A stretch of 38,991 nucleotides of DNA, from assembly GCF_000281045.1 (NCBI RefSeq), contig NW_008246072.1, positions 927,256 through 966,246 on the forward strand. Reading direction: 5' to 3'. Source of the stretch: Saprolegnia diclina VS20 (lineage: Eukaryota). Both the position numbers and the translations under genes were made by a program. Position 1 is the first letter of the stretch, and each line of letters starts with the position of its first letter. Below the pieces are notes generated by a model. It was not told the origin of the DNA and searched no databases. It saw only the letters and a list, made by a program, of their open reading frames with translations. Of the stretch, positions 11,491 to 22,097 are shown piece by piece.

Positions 11491-12430
11491 TTACGTGGCA
11501 AACCGGGCCCGCAGCGCCCGCGAGTAGTTGAGCCCGCCGGGGTTGGTCGCGGCCATCAAGCGCGCGTACTCGTGGCTCACGCGCAGCGCATACTGCTCGG
11601 GCGACTCGCCTTTCTCTTGGTGCAATGGCTTGCCAAAGATCACGGACGCCTTGACCGGCATTGGAAGCACGGGCAGCATCGCAGTCCACATCCATGTCCA
11701 CATTTTGATTTGGAGAAAGAGCCAGCCAATGTAGCCTGGGAGCGCGATCAAGTAGTCGTACAACTTGGAGAGGTACGTGATGTTGAGGAGGAAGAAGAGC
11801 GGGTTGAACACCATCTCTTGCATGTTTTCAACCACGACTGGGATGATGACGGCGTCGGCTTCGATCGCGAGCTCGGCAAACCCTTTGCGCAAGTGACCCT
11901 TGGACGACTGCCTACAACAAACCTCATACGAGACTCGGCACCAACACAGCACTCGTACCAGTTGACGGTATACGCATTCTCGTGGCCCATGAGGGCTTCC
12001 TCAGCACCACCCGGAATAACCATGCACGCGCGGTGGCCACGCTCGTAGGCCGCGAGCGCATTGGCGCGCGTGCCCTGGATACAGCCAAAGGCCTTGAGCC
12101 ATGGGCAGCACGTCACGAGCGTCCGATGCATGAGCCCGACAGGCACTTCGTCCATGATCTGGCGCACCGACATGCCTGTGAGCGTGATGTCCCAGTTGTG
12201 GTTCGAGTGGTAGCCAACAAAGAGAATGCGAGCGTCCTTTTTCGTCGGGATGTTCTCGGCGCCTACAGATCGCCAAACATGGCGTCGACTTGGGATGGAG
12301 GATCGCGCGTACCGATGATGGTCCAGGCGTAAAAGGAGACGAAGAGCGGGTAAATATGGCGGTACACAAAGGCGTACACAGGGTTCTTGGTCACGTCGTG
12401 GTAGAGCGGGCGGTCGATGGCGTCGACCAT
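11491..12430 (-). CDS. TMEM68/DGAT2-like (PlsC superfamily) acyltransferase, copy A, 3 exons
   Basis: GAENIP...ILFVGYHSNHNWD, VIPGGAEEAL, RKGFAELAIEADAVIIPV. Introns 12263-12312 and 11912-11958. Confidence 0.87.
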
Positions 12431-12453
12431 CGCGAAGTCCTCGGTCGCGGCGA

Positions 12454-12464
12454 AATTGCACTTT
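12454..12464 (-). promoter_or_regulatory. Core-promoter-like motif AAAGTGCAATT shared by acyltransferase copies A and D
   Basis: Identical 11-mer at 12454-12464 and 16942-16952, each within 25 nt of the ATG. It resembles the CAWTT flanking element of the oomycete initiator. Confidence 0.45.
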
Positions 12465-13029
12465 GACGCCCTTCGCCCTACAAACTTCAAGTGCAAACTG
12501 GGACATGCCGGGTTATAAAGCAGCGATCTTTTGGTTGCGACTCGTTAATCGAGTTCCTGGAGCAATCAGCGGACAGACACGCGTCGTCGATCGCAGCCTT
12601 CGTCCCAAGTGCCGTCCATGGCAACGACAACAACGACGAGTGCACTTCATCGAATGCCTTTGCTTCGGCAGCTTAGTGTACACTTGGTGCTGAAGGGCTA
12701 TACAGTGAATGCTGTACGTGGCAGTCTCCTACTATGCAGCCAATTTCGAGAAAGGCCGCTGTGGTAGCCTTTCTACAGTGACGGCGTGAGGATGAGGTGG
12801 TCTTACGCTTTGAACGTCCCTGGAGCGCATGCGGCTTCCGCCAGCTGAAGGCGCCACGCCGCTGTGGCTACTCGTTGCTGCTAACGCTGACCGGATCGCA
12901 CTGTCGTGTCGACAGGAGGCGCGGTTGCGTATCTTTTCACACGATTTCATCTTTTTCTAAATAGTATAGTCTAGAAATCATGTATAAATAGTGTCATACA
13001 AAATATACTGTTCTGGGTGGCAGTCGACC

Positions 13030-13512
13030 ATGCTGCCGAGCTTTGTTCGGACCTTCTCGGTAGGACGACGATGGCGATGGCGATGGCGTCTCATGGGCGT
13101 GGCGTAGAGAGCGAGCACGATGGCGACGACCGATGGCTCGATCTTCAGCGCGATCCAGACCAAGCTGGCCGCGGCCTTTGCGCCCACGCATCTCCAAGTG
13201 CTCAACGAGAGCTACATGCACAACGTGCCAAAGGGCTCTGAGACGCACTTCAAGGTCAGCGCTTCATCCAACGATAGGCGCGCTCACCATATACGTATGT
13301 AGGTGATTGTGGTCTCGGACCACTTTGAGGGCAAGCCGCTCCTCCAGCGCCATCGCATGGTCAACGCCGTCTTGGACGACGAGCTCACGAAGGGCGGCGT
13401 CCACGCGCTCTCGATCCAGAGCAAGACGCCGTCGCAGTGGGAGGCCAACAGCACTGTGCGCCCATCGCCGACGTGCCAGGGCGGCATGAAGCACGAGAAG
13501 AAGACGCCGTAA
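13030..13512 (+). CDS. BOLA1: BolA family protein (BolA1-like) with putative mitochondrial presequence, 3 exons
   Basis: [52 protein letters not shown]. Intron 13255-13302. Exon 13030-13059 joins in frame through intron 13060-13107. Alternative start at 13120. Confidence 0.9.
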
Positions 13513-13552
13513 GACACGATACAGGCAATATGACGTGCTTTCAAATGTAAAG

Positions 13553-14495
13553 CTATCTCGACTGTCTCGACGCGCCGCGACGCCGGCGGAACCGATCGCC
13601 GAGAGCTCGTGCATAGTCGAGGCCGCCCGGGTTGGCGCGCGCGAGAAGCTGGGCGTATTTGCGTTCAACGCGCTTGGCAAAAGCAACTGCCGACTCATGC
13701 TTCCGCGGCTTGAGCGCTGGCCCAAAGCGCAGCGTGGTCCGCACCGGCAGCGGAATGCTCGTGCCGCAGTTGAGCGTCAGCCAGAGCACGCCCTTGATCT
13801 GCCAGAAGGTCCAGCCAATGCCGTACGGCAGGCGCATGAGGTAGTTGTACGCATGCGAGAGGCGCGTGATGTTGCAGAGGAAGAAGATCGGGTTGAAGCA
13901 CATTTCTTGCTGGTTCTGGATGACAATGGGCACGACCACGGCGTTGGCAGCGATGGCGAGCTTGGCAAACCCGGTCCGCGGTCGCCCCGACGTCGACTTC
14001 CTACGCCGATGTGATATTGCTGTGTCGTACGCGATTGCGGCATGTACCAGTCGACCTTGTACGCATTTTCAAAGCCAGCGACAGCCTCTTCGGCGCCACC
14101 TGGCAGGACAATGCACGCGCGGTGGCCCTGCTCGTACGCGGCGAGAGCGTTGGCCGTGGTCCCAGGAATGCAGCCCATGCGGCGCAGCCACGGGTGGAAC
14201 ATCATGATCGTTCGGTGCAAGAGCCCAATGGGCGCTTCGCCAATCGCGTCCTTGATCGCCATGCTCATCATCATGATGTCCCAGTTGTGGTCCGAGTGGT
14301 AGCCCACAAAGAGCATGCGGCGCGTCGGGTCTGCGGGCAAATGCTCGTCGCCTGCATAACGTTCATCGGCTTACAGTGCTGTCAAGTAGAGACATCTCTA
14401 CCTTCGACAGACCACGCAAAGAACCACACGAGCAGCGGGTACACGTACGCATAGAGGAGCGCGTACGGCCACGACGCAGCGTGGTCGACGCGCAT
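13553..14495 (-). CDS. TMEM68/DGAT2-like acyltransferase, copy B, 3 exons
   Basis: MLFVGYHSDHNWD, VLPGGAEEAV, RTGFAKLA, NPGGLDY. Introns 14352-14401 and 14001-14047. Confidence 0.87.
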
Positions 14496-14801
14496 CGTGT
14501 TGGCTTGTCCACAACGTGGCGAGTTTTATTTTTTAACTTTAAATTGTAATTGTTTTATTGCCGTCCGGATAACATACAAAACCGAGGGACAATCCAACGG
14601 CAGATGCAGCTTCTGCTATATTATTTTACTGCGTAAGACGAGAAAGGGCAATCTCAATTTTGACAATAGCGTCAAGATCGTCAAGTACAATCGCTCCAAA
14701 TTGTAAAGATCCCCGGAAAGATCCCTCGAATATGTTCGCTGGGATTAGGGAAATATTTTCGTTGTGTTTATAGAAATCATAGTACCGATACTAGAGACGA
14801 G

Positions 14802-15712
14802 TTAGCGACCAAACCGTGCTTGGAGCGCGCGGGTGTAGTTGAGACCACCGGGCTGCTCGGTGGCTAGCATCGCAGCATAGCTCGACGCAACGCGGTGGGC
14901 AAACGCCGCCGCCGACTCGTGCTGAAGCGGTTGCAGCGGTGGGCCAAACTTGAGCGTTGCTTTCACGGGCAGCGGAATGCTCGATCCAAAAGAGAAGAGC
15001 AGCCACAGCACTTGCTTGAGCTGCCAGAGGAACCAACCAATGCCAAGCGGTAGCGTCATGAGCGTATCGTAGACGCGCGAGAGACCCGAGACGTTGCTCA
15101 GGAAAAAGACGGGGCTAAAGCACATTTCTTGGGCGTTCTGCACGACGACGGGCACAATGACCCCGCCGGCTTGCAGGACGACCTCGGCAAACCCCGTCCG
15201 GTCGCGTCCCGACGCCGACTTCCTACAATAACGTTAGTGTTCTGCGCCGCCATGATGGGAACAAAACCAGTTGACGGTGTAGGCATTTTCAAACCCCGCG
15301 ACGGCTTCTTCCACACCACCTGGTAGCACGAGGCAGGCGCGATGGCCACGCTGGTAGGCGTCGGCGGCATTAGCGCGCGTGCCCTCGACGCCGCCAAGGT
15401 ACGACACCCACGGGCTGAGCGCCACGTAGGCCGAGTGCATGAGCCCAACTGGCGGCTCGCCCAAAGCATCCTTGATCGCCATCGCCATCATGAGGACGTC
15501 CCAGTTGTGTGTCGTGTGGTAGCCCACAAAAAGGATCTTCGTCGACGTGTCCTTGGGTAGATGCTCGTGCCCTACAGAAGTGACAGGACGACACGGCGTC
15601 TCTGCTGCATACCTTGGACTGTCCAGTCAAACCAGGTTACGAGGAGCGGGTAGAGGGACGTGTACAGCACGCGGTAGAGCCATGTCGACGCATAGTCCAC
15701 GGGCTTGGCCAT
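14802..15712 (-). CDS. TMEM68/DGAT2-like acyltransferase, copy C, 3 exons
   Basis: ILFVGYHTTHNWD, VLPGGVEEAV, QPGGLNY. Introns 15572-15612 and 15223-15267. Confidence 0.87.
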
Positions 15713-15982
15713 GTCGTCTTCAAGCCGCTTCTTCCGCTATACGACGCGGCTTCACGAGGGCCAATAAGGTGGCAAGACGTTACGACCCCATGCGAATGCC
15801 TTTCATGTATTTTGGCGATTGCATGGGATCGTAACGTCTTGCCAACGACAGTACTGCGGGTCCAGCCAATCGATCTGCGCCAGGGACGTGCCACGTCATG
15901 ATTTCGTTTTGTGGTCGGATTCGATTCAAAAATTGACTGGATGGTTTCACGATCCAACTTGTTGAAATGCTACGTCATCACT

Positions 15983-16926
15983 CTACTTGGGTTGTCGTGA
16001 CGGGGCCAACCGGGCTTGCACAGCCCGCGTGTAGTCGAGACCACCGGGGTTTTCGCGGTGCAGAAATTGTCGGTACGCTGTTTCGACGCGCCGGGCAAAG
16101 ACCGCGGGGGACTCGGCCTTTCGTGGTCGCAACGCCTTGCCAACCTTGAGCGTTGCTTTCACCGGCATCGGGATACTTGTCGGGAACGTCAGCGTCATCC
16201 ACAGAGCCAATTTGAGCTGGAGAAAGACCCACCCGACGCCGTAGGGCAAGGCGAGTAAATGATCGTACGCGCGTGAGAGCCCCGTGACGTTCACAAGGTA
16301 GAAGAGCGGGTTAAAGTACATTTCCTGGGCGTTCTGGACGACGACCGGGACGACGACGCACTTGGCGTCCATGGCGAGTTCGGCAAACCCCGTGCGCACG
16401 CGACCCGAAGACGATTTCCTAGTTATCCCATAAAACTGAGTTGCTGTTGCTCCCATCACATCCGGCGTACCAGTCGACCGTGTAGGCGTGTTCAAAGCCA
16501 GCGACCGCTTCTTCAGCACCGCCCGGGATCACCATGCACGCTCGGTGCCCGCGGTTGTACATCTCCAAAACGTTTTGCCGTGTGCCCTGGATCGCCCCGA
16601 GGAGGCGCAGCCACGGGTTGAGAGCCACGAGAGTCCTGTGCATGATACCGACAGGAGCTTCGTCGAGGACATCGCGGAGCGACATGCCCGTGAGGAGGAG
16701 GTCCCAATTGTGCGTCGTGTGGTAGCCGACAAAGAGGATCCGCGTCGCCTTGTCTTTTGGAATGTGCTCGTGTCCTAGTCGACGCGTCAATGTGGAGAAT
16801 ATCGTCTTTTGTGCTACCTTCAATGGACCATTGAAAGAGCACCGAGAGAAACGCGTAGAGAGTCGTGTAGACAAAGATGTAGAACGCGTTGGCCGAAAAG
16901 TCGACAAAGCCGGCCGAGCGCGCCAT
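15983..16926 (-). CDS. TMEM68/DGAT2-like acyltransferase, copy D, 3 exons
   Basis: ILFVGYHTTHNWD, VIPGGAEEAV, RTGFAELA, NPGGLDY. Introns 16775-16817 and 16419-16470. Confidence 0.87.
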
Positions 16927-17837
16927 GCTCTCGACGTCGCCAATTGCACTTTGCCGAGAGGGTGTCGTCGAAACATTTCCGTGGGTGACACCCCATACTG
17001 AAATCCAGTCGCCAAATCACGAAACCTGGGACAAGCGCTCGATCTTCCAGCACTTTGCAGCAGAACTCTGTACGTACACGAAGACGGTAGAGACCCTACA
17101 CAAGAGAGCGGCGACGCGCTGCTCGAATGCCGACATCGCTCAGTACTCGCACGTGCCGCGTACGACCGACCGGTAGACGGCAAGAACGACCGTGCCTTGA
17201 ACGCCGTCCGCCAGCACAACCGGTTGACAGAAGGGATGCTGCTTGTCGAGACACGAATTTCGCACCATCAAGTCGTCTGCGCCACAACCAAATGCACAGC
17301 GTTGACGTCGTGCTTGCGAATATTGTCCTTGGTGTTTGAATCGCTTGTTCAGGCGAAACTACCACGACGATGGCCAGGAGCATGCGGTGATAACGTAGCG
17401 TCACGTCACTCTGGAGACCGTTCAGTGGACGTATGGAATAGCGTCCATCTCCAAGATGACGAAACGACCAGGTTTAACAGTCATCAACGGTTCAAGACAC
17501 GGCAACCCGACGTCGCCATGCTGAGCGAGCAGATGTTATGTGCCATTAAACCCATGCAAAAGGCCATTCGCGAGGTCCATACACGCGGGTTGTGCGTCAC
17601 CTCTTGGTGTCGATCGCCGTCCTTTCCACCAAGGGGATACTTTATTTTTCTTGTTCGCACATACAACTGACGATATGTACACGGGACTATTCCTTACGCT
17701 CCAGACGCCGTTGAATCTGTAGTTTGAGCCAAAACTTCGCTTTTCCTGCGCCGACCAATCCGCGCACGCTCGAAGTTCGAAGCAACGATGACCGACGTGG
17801 CAACGTCCGCAGATTTCTACCACCGGCGCCGACGACG

Positions 17838-19034
17838 ATGGCCGACCGCTGGACGTGGGCCGCGCTGCTCATCGCGATCGTCTTGCGCACGCTATGGAAG
17901 TCGCGCTTTGAGGGCGTGATGGACTCGCCGTACTTGACGTACTTTGCCGACGACTACTTGGAGGCGCGGACGCGCTTCCGCTACGCAGCGACCCACGCCG
18001 GCGCCGAGCTGCACACGATTCCATACCCGGTCGACGATGCAGCGTACCCCGACCTCTCGATTGACGTGGCGATACTCCGCGGCAGTACCTCGCACCTCGT
18101 GCTGCATCTCTCGGGCACGCACGGCGTCGAGGGCTTTGCGGGCAGCGCGATCCAGTCGGCGTTTCTCGCCAACCTCTCAGCGCTGCCCGAGAACGAACAT
18201 CGCCCGACGATCGTGCTCGTGCATGGCGTCAATCCATATGGCTTTGCGGCCCTCCGGCGCGTGAACGAGCACAACGTCGACTTGAACCGCAACTACTTGA
18301 GCGCGAGTGCGTTCGCCGCCAAGCGGGCGGCCGACCCGAACGCCCATGGGTACGCGGACCTCGAGCCCGCGCTCAACCCGCGCGAGCCTGTGCTGTTCCC
18401 GTTCCTCTTTTACCCGCGCATGCTGCAAGTCATCGCCACCATGGGCTACACGGCCGCGAAGCGCGCGGTTGTCTCGGGCAACTACCACTTTCCAAAGGGC
18501 TTGAGCTACGGCGGCCAGCACATCGAACCCAGCCACACGCTCTTACGCACGTTTGTCGCTGCACACGTTGACTTGGAGGCGGTCACGCATGCCGTGCTGC
18601 TCGACGTGCACACGGGGCTCGGTCCGTGCGGCGCCGATACCCTTGTCATCGGGTCGCGCGTGCTCGATGTGCCCACAGTGACCAGCACCCTCTTTCCCGA
18701 CTATCAGGCGCCCGACAACAACGCAGCGTGGGCTGGCTACGATGCGACGACGGGCACCGCCGTGTCGGGCTACGAGACGTGGTTCTCGGAGGCTGCGCGC
18801 ACGGTCACCGTCATGCAAGAGATGGGCACCGTCCAGTCGCTCGCCGTGCTGGCCGCCCTCCGCGCCGAGAACGCGGCCACGCATCACGACCCCGCAAATC
18901 GAAACATTGCCGCCGAGTCACTCCGCGATGTCTTCTACCTCCGCGACGACCCGCAGTGGCAGCACGACGTCGCATCCCGCGGCCTCACAGTGCTGCACCA
19001 GGCCATCGCCCACGTGGGTCTCCTCGGAGCCTAG
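17838..19034 (+). CDS. M14 zinc carboxypeptidase-like / DUF2817 family protein with N-terminal hydrophobic anchor, intronless
   Basis: SGTHGVEG (HxxE), VHGVNPYGF, RRVNEHNVDLNRNY, LLDVHTGLG, QEMGT. First ATG at 17838 is followed by WTWAALLIAIVL. Confidence 0.85.
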   Translation: MADRWTWAALLIAIVLRTLWKSRFEGVMDSPYLTYFADDYLEARTRFRYAATHAGAELHTIPYPVDDAAYPDLSIDVAILRGSTSHLVLHLSGTHGVEGFAGSAIQSAFLANLSALPENEHRPTIVLVHGVNPYGFAALRRVNEHNVDLNRNYLSASAFAAKRAADPNAHGYADLEPALNPREPVLFPFLFYPRMLQVIATMGYTAAKRAVVSGNYHFPKGLSYGGQHIEPSHTLLRTFVAAHVDLEAVTHAVLLDVHTGLGPCGADTLVIGSRVLDVPTVTSTLFPDYQAPDNNAAWAGYDATTGTAVSGYETWFSEAARTVTVMQEMGTVQSLAVLAALRAENAATHHDPANRNIAAESLRDVFYLRDDPQWQHDVASRGLTVLHQAIAHVGLLGA

Positions 19035-19457
19035 TGTCTATGGCAGGATGCGCGATACTAGCTGCACCGTCTCGTTGGCAATACGAACACGCTGCCCAAC
19101 ACCGTCTCCTGTGCATTGGCTTCGCTCACATCGCAAGAACAGAATGCCGATCGTAGCATGAGCTGTGTGCCAGGATGCACTGGGTGTATGGCATGATGGG
19201 ACCATAACGGGCTGAGCGCCAGGTAGAAGAAAGAGGCTAATGCATCTTTTCCCGGCGAAACGCGGCGTGACGACGTCGACGCACTGCCCAAGAAGGTTCC
19301 ACGGCAGTACAGTCCTGTGTAGTATCGGAATACGATGGATGACGTGATCCACGACAACTTGTCCACACTTCTGACCCGATCCATCCATCTGCCAGACGCG
19401 ACTCTGAAGGAGAAAGACGTGTATTGCCAATGGCACATATCGTGGAAATGCTGGCAC

Positions 19458-21519
19458 TTACGGGCGAAGGCGTTTCTACACATACAGACAGTTGTGAGGA
19501 GTCCAGTCGACAATGCACCGACGTACCGGGTCACGCGGGAACATGGACGCCTTGCGGACGTTCTCGAGGCCGAGGAAGAGCATGACGACACGCTCGAGGC
19601 CGACGCCGCCGCCAGCGTGTGGCAACGCGCCGTACTTGAACGCATCGACGTACGTCTGGAGGTCGGCCTCGGGCACGCCGAGCGAGTTCATGCGCTCGAC
19701 GAGGAGCGTCGGGTCGTGCACACGCTGGGCACCGCTCAAGATTTCCTGGCCGCGGATCATAAAATCGTACGAGTTGCTCCAGCGCTACATATGTCAAACT
19801 CAATCTCAATGTCAACAACCAGACTCGGCCTACCGAGTCGTTCGGGTCGGGCATCGTGTAGAACGGGCGCACGGCGAGCGGGAACTTGTCCAAAAAGTAA
19901 AAGTCCGTGTCGTACTTGGCCTTGACGAGGTCGCCGAGCGCCTTCTCGTTGGGCGTGCTACGTGGCAAGGTATCAATCTATCAGTATATCAAGTGAAAGA
20001 CAAAACTACCTCAGATCCTCGAGCGGGTCCTGGTCAATGCCGGCAGCGTTGAGCATCGCAACGGCTTCGTCAAACTTGAGGATCAGCGTCGGGTTCGAGT
20101 ACTTGAGCGGCTCGAACGGGTGCTGCTCGTTGATGATGGCGAGCTCACGCTTGAAGCGCGAGTTGAGGTTGTCAAAGACGTAGATGAAGAGCTCCGAGAA
20201 GACGTCCAAGCACTCCGAGTAGTGCTCCTTGATGGTCATCTCGAGATCCAACCCCGTGAATTCGCACAAGTGGCGGCGCGTGAACGAGTTCTCGGCGCGG
20301 AAGACAGGGCCAATCTCAAACACCTTTTCGAGGCCGGCGCACGCGCACGCCATCTGCTTGTGGAGCTGCGGCGACTGCGCGAGGACTGCGTGCTGGTCAA
20401 AGTACTTGAACGAGAAGCAGTTGGCACCGCCCTCGCTCGCACCGCCGAGGAGCTTGGGCGTGTGGATCTCCACAAAGCCCTTCGAGTAGAGGAACTCGCG
20501 GAAGAGCTGGCCGACACCCGACTGGATGCGCATGATGGCCTGGTTGGCCGGCGTGCGCAAGTCCAAGACGCTAACATGGTGTCGGATCAAGTCCGCAAAC
20601 ATCGAGAAAACACATACCGGTTGTCGAGGCGCGTGTCGAGGCCGACCTCGACGTAGTCGGAGCCCTCGGCGTTGAGGAGCGTGTCCGAGCGAGACGCATC
20701 TTCGATTTGCATCGGGAGCGACGTGAGCGCCTTGCTGATCGTAAACACCTTGGTGACTTCGAGCTCGACGTCCTTCTGCGTCGTCGAGTGGATCTCGACG
20801 GCCGCGACCTTGACCGTCACAAAGAGGTCGACGACCGACTCGCGCGGGATCTCATCGGCGTACTTGATCATGGCCTTGGGCACGTCCTTGCTCTACACCA
20901 AGCATGAGCACCCTACGCTACGACAGCAAAGCCGACGGACCTCGCTAAGGACACCCTGGATCGTAAACGCAGCCTGGCGAAGCACCAAGAACGCGATTTT
21001 CGGCTTGGCACGGACGTTCTGGAGGTAGCCGCGGACCCAGAAGGATTCGCCGGCCTTGGCCTTGTCAATGTCGCCGACACTACAGGTCGTTGTACGTCAG
21101 CATATGGACATGACAGAAAGGGGCAACGGACTCGACAAACTTCTTGGTCGGCGCCTCGCGCGACTGAATGAGCGGCGCGTCGCCAAACTTGGTCGGGTCG
21201 GCCGACGTGGCCTTGGCCGCAGCTTCCGCTTCCTACGCCCATCAATCCGTGAGATCATTGCGATGCAAAAAGCCGCGCCTACGGCCTGCTTCTGGCGCTC
21301 CAACAAGCGAAGCTCCTTTTTGGTGAGCTGCTTGGGCTTGGGCGCGGCCGCGGGGGCGCCGGGCGTCGTGCCATGGTCGTAGCCAGCAAGCGCCTTGAAC
21401 TGGCCCTTGAGGTTCAGCAAGGCAGCGACGTGCTCCTTGACGTCTTGCTTGGCGGCCTTGAGCTCGCGGATCTCGGCGGCCTTGGCGGCGATCGCAGCGT
21501 CCAACGCGGGGATGTCCAT
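19458..21519 (-). CDS. DARS1: Cytosolic aspartyl-tRNA synthetase with N-terminal WHEP-like extension, 8 exons
   Basis: [82 protein letters not shown]. Introns 21233-21282, 21080-21131, 20893-20940, 20571-20617, 19958-20009, 19785-19833 and 19476-19526; the last exon is only 18 nt. Confidence 0.96.
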
Positions 21520-22097
21520 TTTCGTGTGGCCAAAAATACAGACTGACGCCTCCACTCATCAGGCGCCGCCGGATCCGTTTCGGCATATGCCGCAATTAAA
21601 TCTTGCGCAATATTAGTTTCGGCATGCCACACACCACGGGCCTCGACGCCGACACCACAAGAACATGGCGAAGTCAAGCCACAAGGAAATGCATTTTCGC
21701 ATAAGCACGTGTACCTTGTTCGCTGCTTGTTCGATGCGCTCACTAAGTGGGTTGCACTGGGTTACGGTGCTGGGACGATGCACAACTTGTCTACGCACCA
21801 TAATGACCAGCATTGCGTGGCAGTGTCCACACGTGGCACCACGAGCGAGCATTAAACCACCGCAAGAGTCATCAACGGTACCTGCATCAGTCGATGGACG
21901 GCAACCTTCATTCACTCGTCCCGGAAACGCAGCAGGAAGAACGGCAGTGAAGGAGATGATGGCGGTCTGCCTTGGCATATGCCATTTTTAATCGCTAAAC
22001 TCGGCATGCCGCCTTTTTTGCCACATTTCACAGGTTGCTGTTCGGATATACCTCGTGTATCCGGATCGACGTTGGCCACAGGAAAACTCGCACCACG

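Noticed and set aside
17724..17837. N-terminal extension of the M14 ORF in the ORF track
   Set aside because: Starts at TTG; in a eukaryote the first ATG (17838), which precedes the hydrophobic anchor, is more plausible.
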